DNA of 64,000 nucleotides. Origin: Clostridia bacterium. GTDB taxonomy: Bacteria > Bacillota > Clostridia > Oscillospirales > CAG-272. Shown in pieces: positions 38,924 through 47,665 of this stretch. Within the stretch, counting starts at the first letter, position 1. Each line of letters begins with the position of its first letter. The notes beneath the pieces were generated by a model that saw only the letters and a list, made by a program, of their open reading frames with translations, had not been told where the DNA came from and did no database searches. The stretch covers positions 425 to 64,424 of the forward strand of contig JAFTRY010000013.1 in assembly GCA_017462035.1 (NCBI GenBank). Direction: 5' to 3'. Position numbers and translations under genes: made by a program.

Positions 38924-39469
38924 ATGATCTACGATCTGACTCAGGAGTTGCTTCGATCCGTAGTATATCCCGGCGATCCGGCACCAATGGCTTTGCCTAT
39001 TCTGCGCATGGACGAGGGAGACGATATCAATCTGACGGCACTTTCTCTCTGTGCTCACAACGGTACCCACGTGGACGCTCCCCGTCATTTTATCCGCGAC
39101 GGAAAAAGCGTAACCGATCTTCCTCTTTCCGTCTTTGTCGGAAAGGCGGAGGTGATAGCCTTTGAAAACCGTGAAAAAATTCTCGCATCCCGATGCGAAA
39201 GAATTCTGCTCAAGGGATGCGAGGAAATCGGGGAGGAGCTTGCGACCCGTCTTTGCAAAAAGGAAATTTGCCTGGTAGGCTTAGAGGGGCAGAGCGTGGG
39301 GAACGCAAATGTTCACCAGTGTCTGCTCTCGCGGGAAATCGTACTTTTGGAAGGAATACGCTTAAAAGACGTTCCCGAGGGAATCTATACCCTGGTGGCG
39401 GCTCCGTTGAAGCTTTCGGGCTTCGAGGGCTCGCCTTGTCGGGCAATTTTACTGGATGAGGTCAATTGA
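38924..39469 (+). CDS. Cyclase-family protein (kynurenine-formamidase-like fold)
   Basis: HNGTHVDAPRHF metal-binding motif. Confidence 0.75.
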   Translation: MIYDLTQELLRSVVYPGDPAPMALPILRMDEGDDINLTALSLCAHNGTHVDAPRHFIRDGKSVTDLPLSVFVGKAEVIAFENREKILASRCERILLKGCEEIGEELATRLCKKEICLVGLEGQSVGNANVHQCLLSREIVLLEGIRLKDVPEGIYTLVAAPLKLSGFEGSPCRAILLDEVN

Positions 39470-39477
39470 CCTCATCC
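39454..39477. repeat. 24-bp perfect palindrome spanning both stop codons of two convergent genes
   Basis: GGATGAGGTCAA|TTGACCTCATCC. A T-rich tract follows on the plus strand. Confidence 0.9.
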
Positions 39478-40277
39478 GCTTTTTCTTTTTTGACTGCGTT
39501 CTTCTTTTCCGTATAGCGGAATAGCTGATTTAAAACAAGAATAGAAAGAACGTAAAAGATGACCGCGAGGAAAAGGTCGGACAGGTAGTATACCGCCATG
39601 ATCATAACCTCAGCGAAGTCGGCGGGGGCACCGTAATCCACGTCGTAAAGAATACGGGTGATTACCTTAATTACCGCCAAAATGACGGATAGTGCCGCTA
39701 CGTGAGCCTGGAGGTGATTTTTTATATCAACGATTTTCCGGAAGGGGTAAAGGGCATCCACAGAAAGCTTGGGGGAGGCATCCTTGAAGAGCAGATTCGC
39801 CTTGGCGGTGAGTGCCATTTTTTTATAGTACCGATTTGCCTTGCTTCGCGCCAAAAAGAATGCGGCGAGAGTGAGCGCGGTGTCCAGTAAAACGTAGACG
39901 ATGGCGTAGGTCAAGTCCAGCGAATCGAGAGAGCCGTAGAGGAGCCATACGCCAAGCAGATCACAGGCACGGCGAAACAAAACGGCACTTAAAAAGATCC
40001 ACACCAGAGAGAGTCCCGGTGCACCCTCATGCACATGAAACGCTGAAAACAGCAAAATCGAGAAGCAGATGGCGTATATGGCGATTTCGGTCAAGTCAAT
40101 CAGTATTTTTACTGCATCCGGAAGAACGGATGCGTAAAGGACAATGTCGGTGTTACAGTAATTATAAAAAAGGGTAAATCCCAGAGAAAGGATGGCGAAC
40201 AGTCCAAAGGAAAAGATTGCCAGAACTGAGCGAAGCCAGCCGAAGGATTTGATGGGTTTGGTATCGGTATGTTTCAT
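39462..40277 (-). CDS. Polytopic membrane protein, function unknown
   Basis: Start MKHTDTKPIK with GAGGAG upstream. About 7 TM helices. The 3' end overlaps the cyclase gene by 8 nt. Confidence 0.6.
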   Translation of the reverse strand: MKHTDTKPIKSFGWLRSVLAIFSFGLFAILSLGFTLFYNYCNTDIVLYASVLPDAVKILIDLTEIAIYAICFSILLFSAFHVHEGAPGLSLVWIFLSAVLFRRACDLLGVWLLYGSLDSLDLTYAIVYVLLDTALTLAAFFLARSKANRYYKKMALTAKANLLFKDASPKLSVDALYPFRKIVDIKNHLQAHVAALSVILAVIKVITRILYDVDYGAPADFAEVMIMAVYYLSDLFLAVIFYVLSILVLNQLFRYTEKKNAVKKEKADEVN

Positions 40278-40440
40278 AATTCTCCTCTGTGCCAATGTGC
40301 CGATGATTTTCTTCCTACATTGTACCACAGGAAAGAGGAAAATTGTTTATTGATTTGTAAATAATTTTTCAAATTCTCATTTTTTTCGCAAAAAACACAT
40401 ATTTTTTATCACAGAAAGAAGAGGGAGGAGCGCAAGCAAG

Positions 40441-41373
40441 ATGACACATTCCAATCAATCGGTAGGCATCCGCACCGAAAAAAGCCTCATAGAATACCTT
40501 CATCCCCTGGATCATGCCTGTATGATGGAGACGATCAATGTCCTTTGCGAACGGTATTCTTTTTTATCGGTTTCCTACGTGGGGGAATCCATCTTAGGAC
40601 GAGGGATACCTTTGGTGACCCTGGGAGAGGGAGAAAAATCGGTTTTATATGTGGGAGCTCATCGAGGAGACGAATGGATGAGCTCACTCCTTTTGCTGAG
40701 GATGATTAACGAATACTGTGAAACTATGAAAAACGGCGGAAAGCTGCTTCATTACAATTTGCGGTATCTGTTTTCCTCCCGAACACTCTATATTATTCCC
40801 ATGCTGAACCCGGATGGCGTGGAATACGCGCTTCACGGAGTACAGGGGGATCACGTGATGTATGAGAGGGTAATGGGCATGAACGGAGGAAATCCGGATT
40901 TTTCTCTGTGGCAAGCCAACGCCAGAGGGGTGGACCTGACACAAAATTACGCCACTGATTTTGCTGAGTATAAAAGATTGGAAATCGAACAAGGGATCTT
41001 AGGCGGTCAACCCTGTGGCTACGGAGGCGACATGCCGGAAAGTGAACCGGAAGTGGCTCAGCTTTGTAATTGGATCCATTATCACGGGGATATCCGACTT
41101 GCCATGGAGCTGCGGTCAGGCGAGAAAGGGGTATACGTGGCGGAGGAATTACCGAAGGGCATGGAAATGGGAGCATCGCTTTCACGCGCGGCAGGGTATT
41201 CTTTGAAACCTTTATCGTCTCGCGGGATGAGCCAGTGGTGTACCGGAGAGCTGGGAGTTCCCTCCTTTCACGTATCTTACGGAACGGGAGAGCGTATCAA
41301 AACCGTGAGAGAATACTTCTATTATTACGCGAAGCTCAGACAAATGCTTTTTCTGGCACCTTCCTTGATTTAA
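40441..41373 (+). CDS. M14-family zinc carboxypeptidase-like protein (gamma-D-Glu-DAP peptidase type)
   Basis: VGAHRGDEWMSS (HxxE-like with one extra residue), IIPMLNPDG and ANARGVDLTQNY. Confidence 0.7.
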   Translation: MTHSNQSVGIRTEKSLIEYLHPLDHACMMETINVLCERYSFLSVSYVGESILGRGIPLVTLGEGEKSVLYVGAHRGDEWMSSLLLLRMINEYCETMKNGGKLLHYNLRYLFSSRTLYIIPMLNPDGVEYALHGVQGDHVMYERVMGMNGGNPDFSLWQANARGVDLTQNYATDFAEYKRLEIEQGILGGQPCGYGGDMPESEPEVAQLCNWIHYHGDIRLAMELRSGEKGVYVAEELPKGMEMGASLSRAAGYSLKPLSSRGMSQWCTGELGVPSFHVSYGTGERIKTVREYFYYYAKLRQMLFLAPSLI

Positions 41374-41409
41374 AGTCCGACCTTTTATCCCATCCTTCCG
41401 AAAAGCTTC

Positions 41410-41438
41410 TTGACAGGACACTGGAAATGTGGTATACT
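41410..41438 (+). promoter_or_regulatory. Sigma-70 promoter
   Basis: TTGACA, 17-nt spacer, TATACT. Confidence 0.6.
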
Positions 41439-41475
41439 GATTTCAGAAATAGGGCGTGAGCCTGAGGAGGAACGT

Positions 41476-41790
41476 ATGATAAGAAAAGCATTTAAAATGA
41501 AGCTGTATGAGGGCATGGAAGAGGAATACGAGAAACGTCATAACGCGTTGTGGCCTGAAATGAAGGAGATGATCCACGAGTTTGGCGGAAGCAACTATTC
41601 CATCTTTTTGGATCGTGAGACCTTGACCTTGTTCGGATATATTGAGCTGGAAGACGAGGAGAAGTGGGCGAAGTCCGCGGACACGGAGATCTGTCGGAAA
41701 TGGTGGCATTACATGGCAGATATTATGGAGACCAATGCGGATGAGAGCCCGGTGTCCATCGATCTGCAAGGCGTATTTCATTTGGATTAA
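41476..41790 (+). CDS. rhaM: L-rhamnose mutarotase
   Basis: 104 aa: MIRKAFKMKLYEGMEEEYEKRHNALWPEM...NYSIFLD...WWHYMADIM. Confidence 0.85.
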   Translation: MIRKAFKMKLYEGMEEEYEKRHNALWPEMKEMIHEFGGSNYSIFLDRETLTLFGYIELEDEEKWAKSADTEICRKWWHYMADIMETNADESPVSIDLQGVFHLD

Positions 41791-41794
41791 CTCA

Positions 41795-41824
41795 AAAGGC
41801 AGAGATTGCTCTCTGCCTTTTTTC
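41795..41824 (+). terminator. Terminator after rhaM
   Basis: AAAGGCAGAG / CTCTGCCTTT stem followed by a T-run. Confidence 0.75.
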
Positions 41825-41837
41825 ATAGGAGGATGGT

Positions 41838-42401
41838 ATGAGCTTGTGCCGTTGCGGATGGTGTAATTTGAATAACGAGACATATGTGGATTATCACGAC
41901 AGGGAATGGGGCGTGCTTTGCTTGGAGGACGATTACCTGTTTGAGATGCTTTTGCTGGAATCCTTCCAAGCGGGACTTTCCTGGGAGTGTGTATTGAACA
42001 AGCGGGAGAATTTTCGCAGGAGCTTTGATGGCTTTGATTGGCGGAAGATCGCAAGCTATACGGAGGAGAAGCTATCGTTTTTGCTGGATGATCCCGGAAT
42101 CATTCGCAACCGTCGGAAGATTTACGCCGCCGTAAACAATGCGAGGATATTCGGACAGATCCTTGAAGAACATGGCTCCTTCTCCGAATATTTGAAACGG
42201 TTCGTTCCCGCCTTTCCTCTGTATGAGGTTGGTCTTACCTCCTCGCCGGTGTCAGATGCCATATCTGCGGATCTGCGAAGACGGGGGATGCGCTTTGTAG
42301 GCTCGACCATTATCTATTCATATCTTCAAGCGGTGGGAATGATCTGCTCACACGAGGAGGGGTGCTTTTTGTACGTTACCCGATGTGAGGAACAACGGTA
42401 A
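41838..42401 (+). CDS. tag: DNA-3-methyladenine glycosylase I
   Basis: CRCGWCNLNNETYVDYHDREWGV and LLLESFQAGLSW. Confidence 0.88.
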   Translation: MSLCRCGWCNLNNETYVDYHDREWGVLCLEDDYLFEMLLLESFQAGLSWECVLNKRENFRRSFDGFDWRKIASYTEEKLSFLLDDPGIIRNRRKIYAAVNNARIFGQILEEHGSFSEYLKRFVPAFPLYEVGLTSSPVSDAISADLRRRGMRFVGSTIIYSYLQAVGMICSHEEGCFLYVTRCEEQR

Positions 42402-42502
42402 AAAAGAAGAGAACAGCCTCTGTTCTGTCCGTATCATTGACAACGGTACAAGATTATGGTATAATGGAGAGAGAACGAATTGACTTTGAAGGAGGCGGCG
42501 GA

Positions 42503-43771
42503 ATGAGTTCGATTCATAGTATTTATCTTGCGTTGGATATTCTTGGTGCCATGATCACGTTGATTATTTTTCTCGGCTGTATGGGAGATACCCGAGAAAA
42601 AGATACCCATGACGGAGCCTTTATCGGATATTTGATTCTTTTGCTTTTAGTGTTGATTTCGGACGGGCTTTGTCACGCTTTGGACGGGAACGAGAGTCTT
42701 AGGCTTCTCACTTATCTTGCTAACACCGTTAGCGATTGTGCCGAATATGTGCTTTTCGTGTTTTTTATGCGCTATCTCGCTCAGCGCCTGTATCAGCGGC
42801 GACGGGAGATTTCTCATCTTATCTGGGTGCTTGGCGTGCTTTGCGCTTTGTCTGTGGCAATGTCTATTGCCAACCTTTGGTGCGAATTTCATTTTACCGT
42901 GGACGGCGGCGGAGCTTACGTTCGAGGCGCATATCCTTGGGTTTCCCGTATTTTTCCGCTCCTTTGTCTGTTTACGGCAGCTGTGACCATTGCGATCAAT
43001 CCGAGCTTGAGTGGAAAAGACCGCGCGATCTTTTTCTGTTATCCGCTATTTCCGTTGACGGGTCTGTTACTGGATTATTTCGTGCTGGGAGCATCGTGTG
43101 TGTATATCGGTGTCTTGATCAGTACGGTGATCATGTACACCAACACTTATTCTAAAAAAAGGAGAATGATCGTAGAGCAAAGGACCGCGTTGATGGTGTC
43201 ACAGATCAATCCGCATTTCATGTATAATACATTAACCACCATTGCGTCGCTTTGCGAGCTGGATCCTCCGCGGGCAAAACAAATTACCCTGGAGTTCTCC
43301 TCGTTTTTAAGACAAAATTTAAACACTCTTACTACCAATCAGCTCATTCCTTTTGAGCAGGAATTGCACCACGTAGACTGTTATTTGAAAATTGAAAAGG
43401 CACGTTTTGGAGATAAGATCAATGCGGTGTATGACATTCAAACGGAAAATTTTTCTATTCCCGCCTTAACGATTCAGCCACTGGTTGAAAATGCGGTGCG
43501 ATACGGTCTTTCTGCCAAAGCAGAGGGCGGTACAATCAAATTGTCTTCCTATTCTACGGAGGATTCGTATATTGTGGAGGTCAAGGATGACGGTGTTGGA
43601 TTTGATATGGAGGAGGCTGTCTTTGACGGAAAAAAACACGTGGGAATCGCAAACGTGCGCACGAGACTTATGGATATGTGCGGCGGTAGCTTAACCGTCA
43701 AGAGTATGGTAGGTATCGGAACCAGGGTGGTAGCGGAGATTCCTTGCAAAAAGAAAGGAAGGGGCAAATGA
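42503..43771 (+). CDS. Sensor histidine kinase, LytS/YehU type (His_kinase plus HATPase)
   Basis: Six-TM sensor, SQINPHFMYNTL, LTIQPLVENAVRYG, DDGVGF. Confidence 0.85.
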   Translation: MSSIHSIYLALDILGAMITLIIFLGCMGDTREKDTHDGAFIGYLILLLLVLISDGLCHALDGNESLRLLTYLANTVSDCAEYVLFVFFMRYLAQRLYQRRREISHLIWVLGVLCALSVAMSIANLWCEFHFTVDGGGAYVRGAYPWVSRIFPLLCLFTAAVTIAINPSLSGKDRAIFFCYPLFPLTGLLLDYFVLGASCVYIGVLISTVIMYTNTYSKKRRMIVEQRTALMVSQINPHFMYNTLTTIASLCELDPPRAKQITLEFSSFLRQNLNTLTTNQLIPFEQELHHVDCYLKIEKARFGDKINAVYDIQTENFSIPALTIQPLVENAVRYGLSAKAEGGTIKLSSYSTEDSYIVEVKDDGVGFDMEEAVFDGKKHVGIANVRTRLMDMCGGSLTVKSMVGIGTRVVAEIPCKKKGRGK

Positions 43772-44574
43772 ACATTTTAGCGGTAGACGATGAGATTCAC
43801 GCTCTGAGCATGCTGGAGGATGCTATATCCGAGGCGGTGACGAATGCCCGCATCTACCTGTGTCAAGACGTACAGGTTGCCTTAGAGACGGCGAAGCTGG
43901 TAAAAATCGATATTTGTTTTTTGGATATCCATATGCCTAAGAAGAGCGGTATTGAGCTGGCGGCGGAGCTGAAGCTACTAAACCCGGAAATCAATATTGT
44001 CTTCGCCACAGCGTTTTCGGAGCATATGAAGGAGGGAATTGATCTTCGGATGAGCGGGTATCTGCTCAAGCCTGTTACGGCTCAGGCGGTGAAGGTGGAG
44101 CTGGAAAACCTCCGCCATCCCGTGGAGTGGGACGAGAGCAAGAAATTACGGGTATTGACCTTTGGTAATTTTGAGGTCCTCATCGACGGTGTTCCCGTTA
44201 AATTTGAAAGAAAACAGGCAAAAGAGATTTTAGCTTATCTGATCGACAAACGGGGAACGTCGGTGACCTACGCTGAGTTGGCATCCGTTTTGTGGGAGGA
44301 TGGCGCGTATGATCGTACTCAGCAGAAGAATTTACAGGTGTATGTGGCATCTCTGGTAAAAACTCTGAATACTCTCGGAGCCAAAAAAGTCATTCGTAAA
44401 AACCGTACCTCCATTATGGTGGACACCTCCCAGGTGGATTGTGATTTTTATCGCTTTTTGGAGGGAGACGTTCGAGTCATCAATTCCTTTACAGGACAGT
44501 ACATGAGCTCGTACTCCTGGGCGGAATTTACTACGGGGTACCTGGATGCTCAAATACAAAAATTAAATTTGTAA
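43768..44574 (+). CDS. Response regulator: receiver plus SARP/OmpR-like winged-helix output
   Basis: MNILAVDDE...FLDIHMP receiver. C-terminal LRVLTFGNFEVLIDGVPVKFERKQAKEILAYL...LASVLWED. ATGA overlap with the kinase gene. Confidence 0.8.
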   Translation: MNILAVDDEIHALSMLEDAISEAVTNARIYLCQDVQVALETAKLVKIDICFLDIHMPKKSGIELAAELKLLNPEINIVFATAFSEHMKEGIDLRMSGYLLKPVTAQAVKVELENLRHPVEWDESKKLRVLTFGNFEVLIDGVPVKFERKQAKEILAYLIDKRGTSVTYAELASVLWEDGAYDRTQQKNLQVYVASLVKTLNTLGAKKVIRKNRTSIMVDTSQVDCDFYRFLEGDVRVINSFTGQYMSSYSWAEFTTGYLDAQIQKLNL

Positions 44575-44595
44575 ACGAAGCAAGAAGAACCAAAT

Positions 44596-44640
44596 AAAAA
44601 ATCACCTGCTATCGCACACGGGATAGCAGGTGATTTTTGT
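44596..44640. terminator. Bidirectional terminator between the two-component system and the fibre operon
   Basis: AAAAATCACCTGCTATC / GATAGCAGGTGATTTTT. Confidence 0.8.
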
Positions 44641-44715
44641 TGTAAATCCGGTCAACCAAAGAAAATTGGGTCGGGCTTGCGTTACTTCTTTGAGAGCCGG
44701 GGAGGGAAGAGCCTT

Positions 44716-45858
44716 TTATTCCTCCGGTAAGCTTTGGATAATACTGTTGAGGGTTATATTGGTTCGATTGCCGTTTTCGTCCAGCTGTCTCCACGTATCC
44801 GGATCGAAGGAATCGTGAGCGTAGGTACTTCCCAACAAATAACCAATTGCTTGCGCGCTGCCATGGTACATGTCCCCGACCTGATACCATTCGCTTCCGT
44901 TCGCGTCTTTGGTGTATACCACGGCATAAACCTCTACGTATGAGCCGCCGGAAACAGCGGTAAGGTCGTCAGCGGTCATAAAAAGGATCATCTCGTTTCC
45001 GTTTACGGTTGTGGTTGTCGGATTAAACCAACCGCTTTGATAAGAATAGCTGTCTCCGGTGGTTTCGTCACCGTCTACGTTGCTTCTTTGAATGACCACG
45101 GTAACCGGTTTGTTCTCACCGTCGATATTCAGTTCCAGCGCCACGCCAAACAAATTCTCAACTGTCTCAACGTCGTTATTCAATCCCAAAAAGCCAACCA
45201 CGTTGCCGATGTAATCGGGATGCAGTGTGTTAGCGTCCAGAGCATCGGTAAGCTGTTGGTAATCCTCCGGTGTATTCAGGATCTCAGGGAATCTTGCCAA
45301 TACGCCGGAAACCGCCGCCACGTCACTGCTTTCGGGCTGCTCTAATCCAAATTGATACTCAATGGTGGAGGTTAGTGTCAAGTCGGAGGTGTCCGCTCCC
45401 TCAGCAAAGGTTGCGGTAACTGTTATGATCCTTTTCTCGTCCGGAGCGATTTCCTCTCCCAGCTGAATATCCGCTTCCATTTGTATGTTGGGATTGGAGT
45501 ATGCCACGATCTCTCCTGATTCATCCGTGTAGGTTCCCCGGACCATAGCCAGATAATAGTAGGGAACCGACGTATTATTCCATACCTCGATTTGGTATAC
45601 CGCTTTCATGACACCGTCTGTTCCTTCTTCTAACGTGACCTTGCTGGTCAATATCGTGTCGGAGAAGAGCAGAGTCTCCTGATCCAACTCGCCAACAGCC
45701 CCCTGCGTTACACCCGTAATAAATATCTCTTTGGGCGGTGTGGCAGAGGCGTAGCCCTGAATGGAAACGTCGGTGGTGACCTGTGCGTATCCCACGAGCA
45801 TGAAACAACACATCAAGGAGAGCGTGATGCTTAAGGCAATCTTAATTCCTGTTTTCAT
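44716..45858 (-). CDS. Secreted protein (380 aa) with a SipW-substrate-like N-terminal module
   Basis: Signal sequence MKTGIKIALSITLSLMCCFMLVGYA followed by QVTTDVSIQGYASATP, shared with the 183-aa protein. GGAAGGAG RBS. Confidence 0.65.
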   Translation of the reverse strand: MKTGIKIALSITLSLMCCFMLVGYAQVTTDVSIQGYASATPPKEIFITGVTQGAVGELDQETLLFSDTILTSKVTLEEGTDGVMKAVYQIEVWNNTSVPYYYLAMVRGTYTDESGEIVAYSNPNIQMEADIQLGEEIAPDEKRIITVTATFAEGADTSDLTLTSTIEYQFGLEQPESSDVAAVSGVLARFPEILNTPEDYQQLTDALDANTLHPDYIGNVVGFLGLNNDVETVENLFGVALELNIDGENKPVTVVIQRSNVDGDETTGDSYSYQSGWFNPTTTTVNGNEMILFMTADDLTAVSGGSYVEVYAVVYTKDANGSEWYQVGDMYHGSAQAIGYLLGSTYAHDSFDPDTWRQLDENGNRTNITLNSIIQSLPEE

Positions 45859-45899
45859 GCTTCCCGCTCTCCTTCCTTTTTGTTTTTCTTAAATGAAAA

Positions 45900-47651
45900 T
45901 CAGTTGTCCTTTGTTTCTTTCTGGTTTTGGTCATCCTCGGTATTGATCATGGCGGTAAATACCTGTTCCGCTTTGCGTCTTACCACGCCGATGATCTTTT
46001 TGAGGGGGTGATTCAATGTGTCGGGATCTACCTTGTAATTGCCCTTAGCTACCTCCGCCTCGCGGATCACGTCTTTATCGCTTGACACGTCTCTGGTTGG
46101 AACCAAAACGACGTCGCCTGCCTCAACGGCTTCACCGTCCGGATCGTAGCGGTAGGTCTTATTGTCGTTGTTTCTCTCGGGCCAAAATACGTCGATCACG
46201 TCAATCCCGGTTTCCTCAACCGTCTCGCCAATGACCTCTTCCACAGCCGCGGTGATCTCGGGCTCCAGAATCGGCTCGGGAGTGATCTCTGCTACGGCTT
46301 GGGGCTCGGTCTCGGCGGCAATTTCCGTCTCAACCTCTGGGGCTGTCTCCGGGGGGATCTCCTCCTCCGTTTCCAACGTCGGTTCGGTCTCTGCCTCCGG
46401 TTTGGGAGTGGGCTCAACGGCGGGCTCGACGCTCGGTGAGGACTCAGCTTTCGCTTCGGATTTCAGCGCGACTACCACGACCTTCACCTCGGGCTTTCCT
46501 TCTGCTTTTTCATCCTTCTTTTCATCCCTCACCACGCTTGGCTGCTCCGCCGGGGGGGGAGGTGTTGGCGTGGAATCAACAAATCCCGGAATTTTGATCT
46601 CGTAGAGATACAACAGCTTGTTGTCCGTAGGAATGATGAACTTCGTGCAGGTCTTATCCTCGTTTTCATACATCAAAATGGGTGCCTGGATGGTGTCGCG
46701 AATCTCCAACATCTCCTCAAAGGTATCCACCCACACGGTCTGATAACAGGATACGTCAAAGAGATTGTGAATCTTTTGAATATAGGATTTGTACTGCGAC
46801 AGAATTTTCTTGATACGGGCGGTATAGGTAATATCCTCCGTTCTGGTCAGATAGATAAACGCCACGAGGAAGAGAACAAGGAGCAGATCGACAATGCCCA
46901 GAACGATGGCGGTGGTCTTGAATACCTCACTGCCTACGCCTCTGGTACAAGCGATCATCTTGGTTTCGCCCTGAGGAACACTGGAGGTCATGTTGATATT
47001 GACCGTCTTGGTGGTCAGGGGGATTCTCAGCTCGGATACGTAGCTATCGGAGCTTCCGCCGGTAAAGGCGTTGCAATCACTGATCACATCCACCTTAAAG
47101 GTCACCACGATATTGCTGGTGGTTTGATCCAGGGAATACGCTGCCAGGAATTTATTTGCCAGATCGTTGTACTGGTCATAGTCAAGAACCGCGATCTCGC
47201 TAATCTGCAAGCTACTGTTGCTCGCCTGGGATACGTTGGTCTGTGACTTAATTTCCTGAGCATGGTTGAAAATCGCGGCACCGGAGGTATTGTCAGTAAT
47301 TTCCAGATTGGCTGTGATGCTATAGGAATAACGGTAATAAACATCCTCGGCGTTCATATCCAGCTTGTAATTGAAGGTCGTTATGATATGATCGACCAGA
47401 GAGGCGACGTAGGATTGATCCTTTTCGAGATAAGGCTTCTCGTAGAACTCGTTGTCCTTCAGATATACCTTATAATCGATATTTCCGCTATCCGTATAGT
47501 CAATATAATAGGTCTTGTTGAGCTGATACGCGACCAATGACGAGATCAGAACAGCTAAGGTAAGAACCACGACCAGAATAGACTGTGTGAAGATCCATTT
47601 TTCACGGTGCTTTCGGTAAGAGAACCTTTTTTTCTTTTCGGCTTCTGACAT
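45900..47651 (-). CDS. Bitopic/two-TM protein with extracytoplasmic domain, Pro/Glu-rich linker and small C-terminal domain
   Basis: TM at about 25-45 and 250-272. PE-rich low-complexity region encoded at about 46230-46555. GGAGGGAG RBS. From memory only, it resembles DUF5305-type partners of SipW-like peptidases. Confidence 0.6.
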   Translation of the reverse strand: MSEAEKKKRFSYRKHREKWIFTQSILVVVLTLAVLISSLVAYQLNKTYYIDYTDSGNIDYKVYLKDNEFYEKPYLEKDQSYVASLVDHIITTFNYKLDMNAEDVYYRYSYSITANLEITDNTSGAAIFNHAQEIKSQTNVSQASNSSLQISEIAVLDYDQYNDLANKFLAAYSLDQTTSNIVVTFKVDVISDCNAFTGGSSDSYVSELRIPLTTKTVNINMTSSVPQGETKMIACTRGVGSEVFKTTAIVLGIVDLLLVLFLVAFIYLTRTEDITYTARIKKILSQYKSYIQKIHNLFDVSCYQTVWVDTFEEMLEIRDTIQAPILMYENEDKTCTKFIIPTDNKLLYLYEIKIPGFVDSTPTPPPPAEQPSVVRDEKKDEKAEGKPEVKVVVVALKSEAKAESSPSVEPAVEPTPKPEAETEPTLETEEEIPPETAPEVETEIAAETEPQAVAEITPEPILEPEITAAVEEVIGETVEETGIDVIDVFWPERNNDNKTYRYDPDGEAVEAGDVVLVPTRDVSSDKDVIREAEVAKGNYKVDPDTLNHPLKKIIGVVRRKAEQVFTAMINTEDDQNQKETKDN

Positions 47652-47665
47652 ATATCTCCCTCCTT

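Noticed and set aside
40441-41373. M14 peptidase possibly inactive because of an HRGDE spacing instead of HxxE.
   Set aside because: This could be an alignment shift rather than loss of the zinc ligand. It cannot be judged without a family alignment.
46230-46555. Possible DNA tandem-repeat array in the PE-rich region.
   Set aside because: No exact nucleotide repeat unit is visible. It is low-complexity coding sequence (Pro/Glu/Thr/Ala) within an intact ORF. It is not a CRISPR or VNTR-like array. No CRISPR array was seen anywhere in the window.
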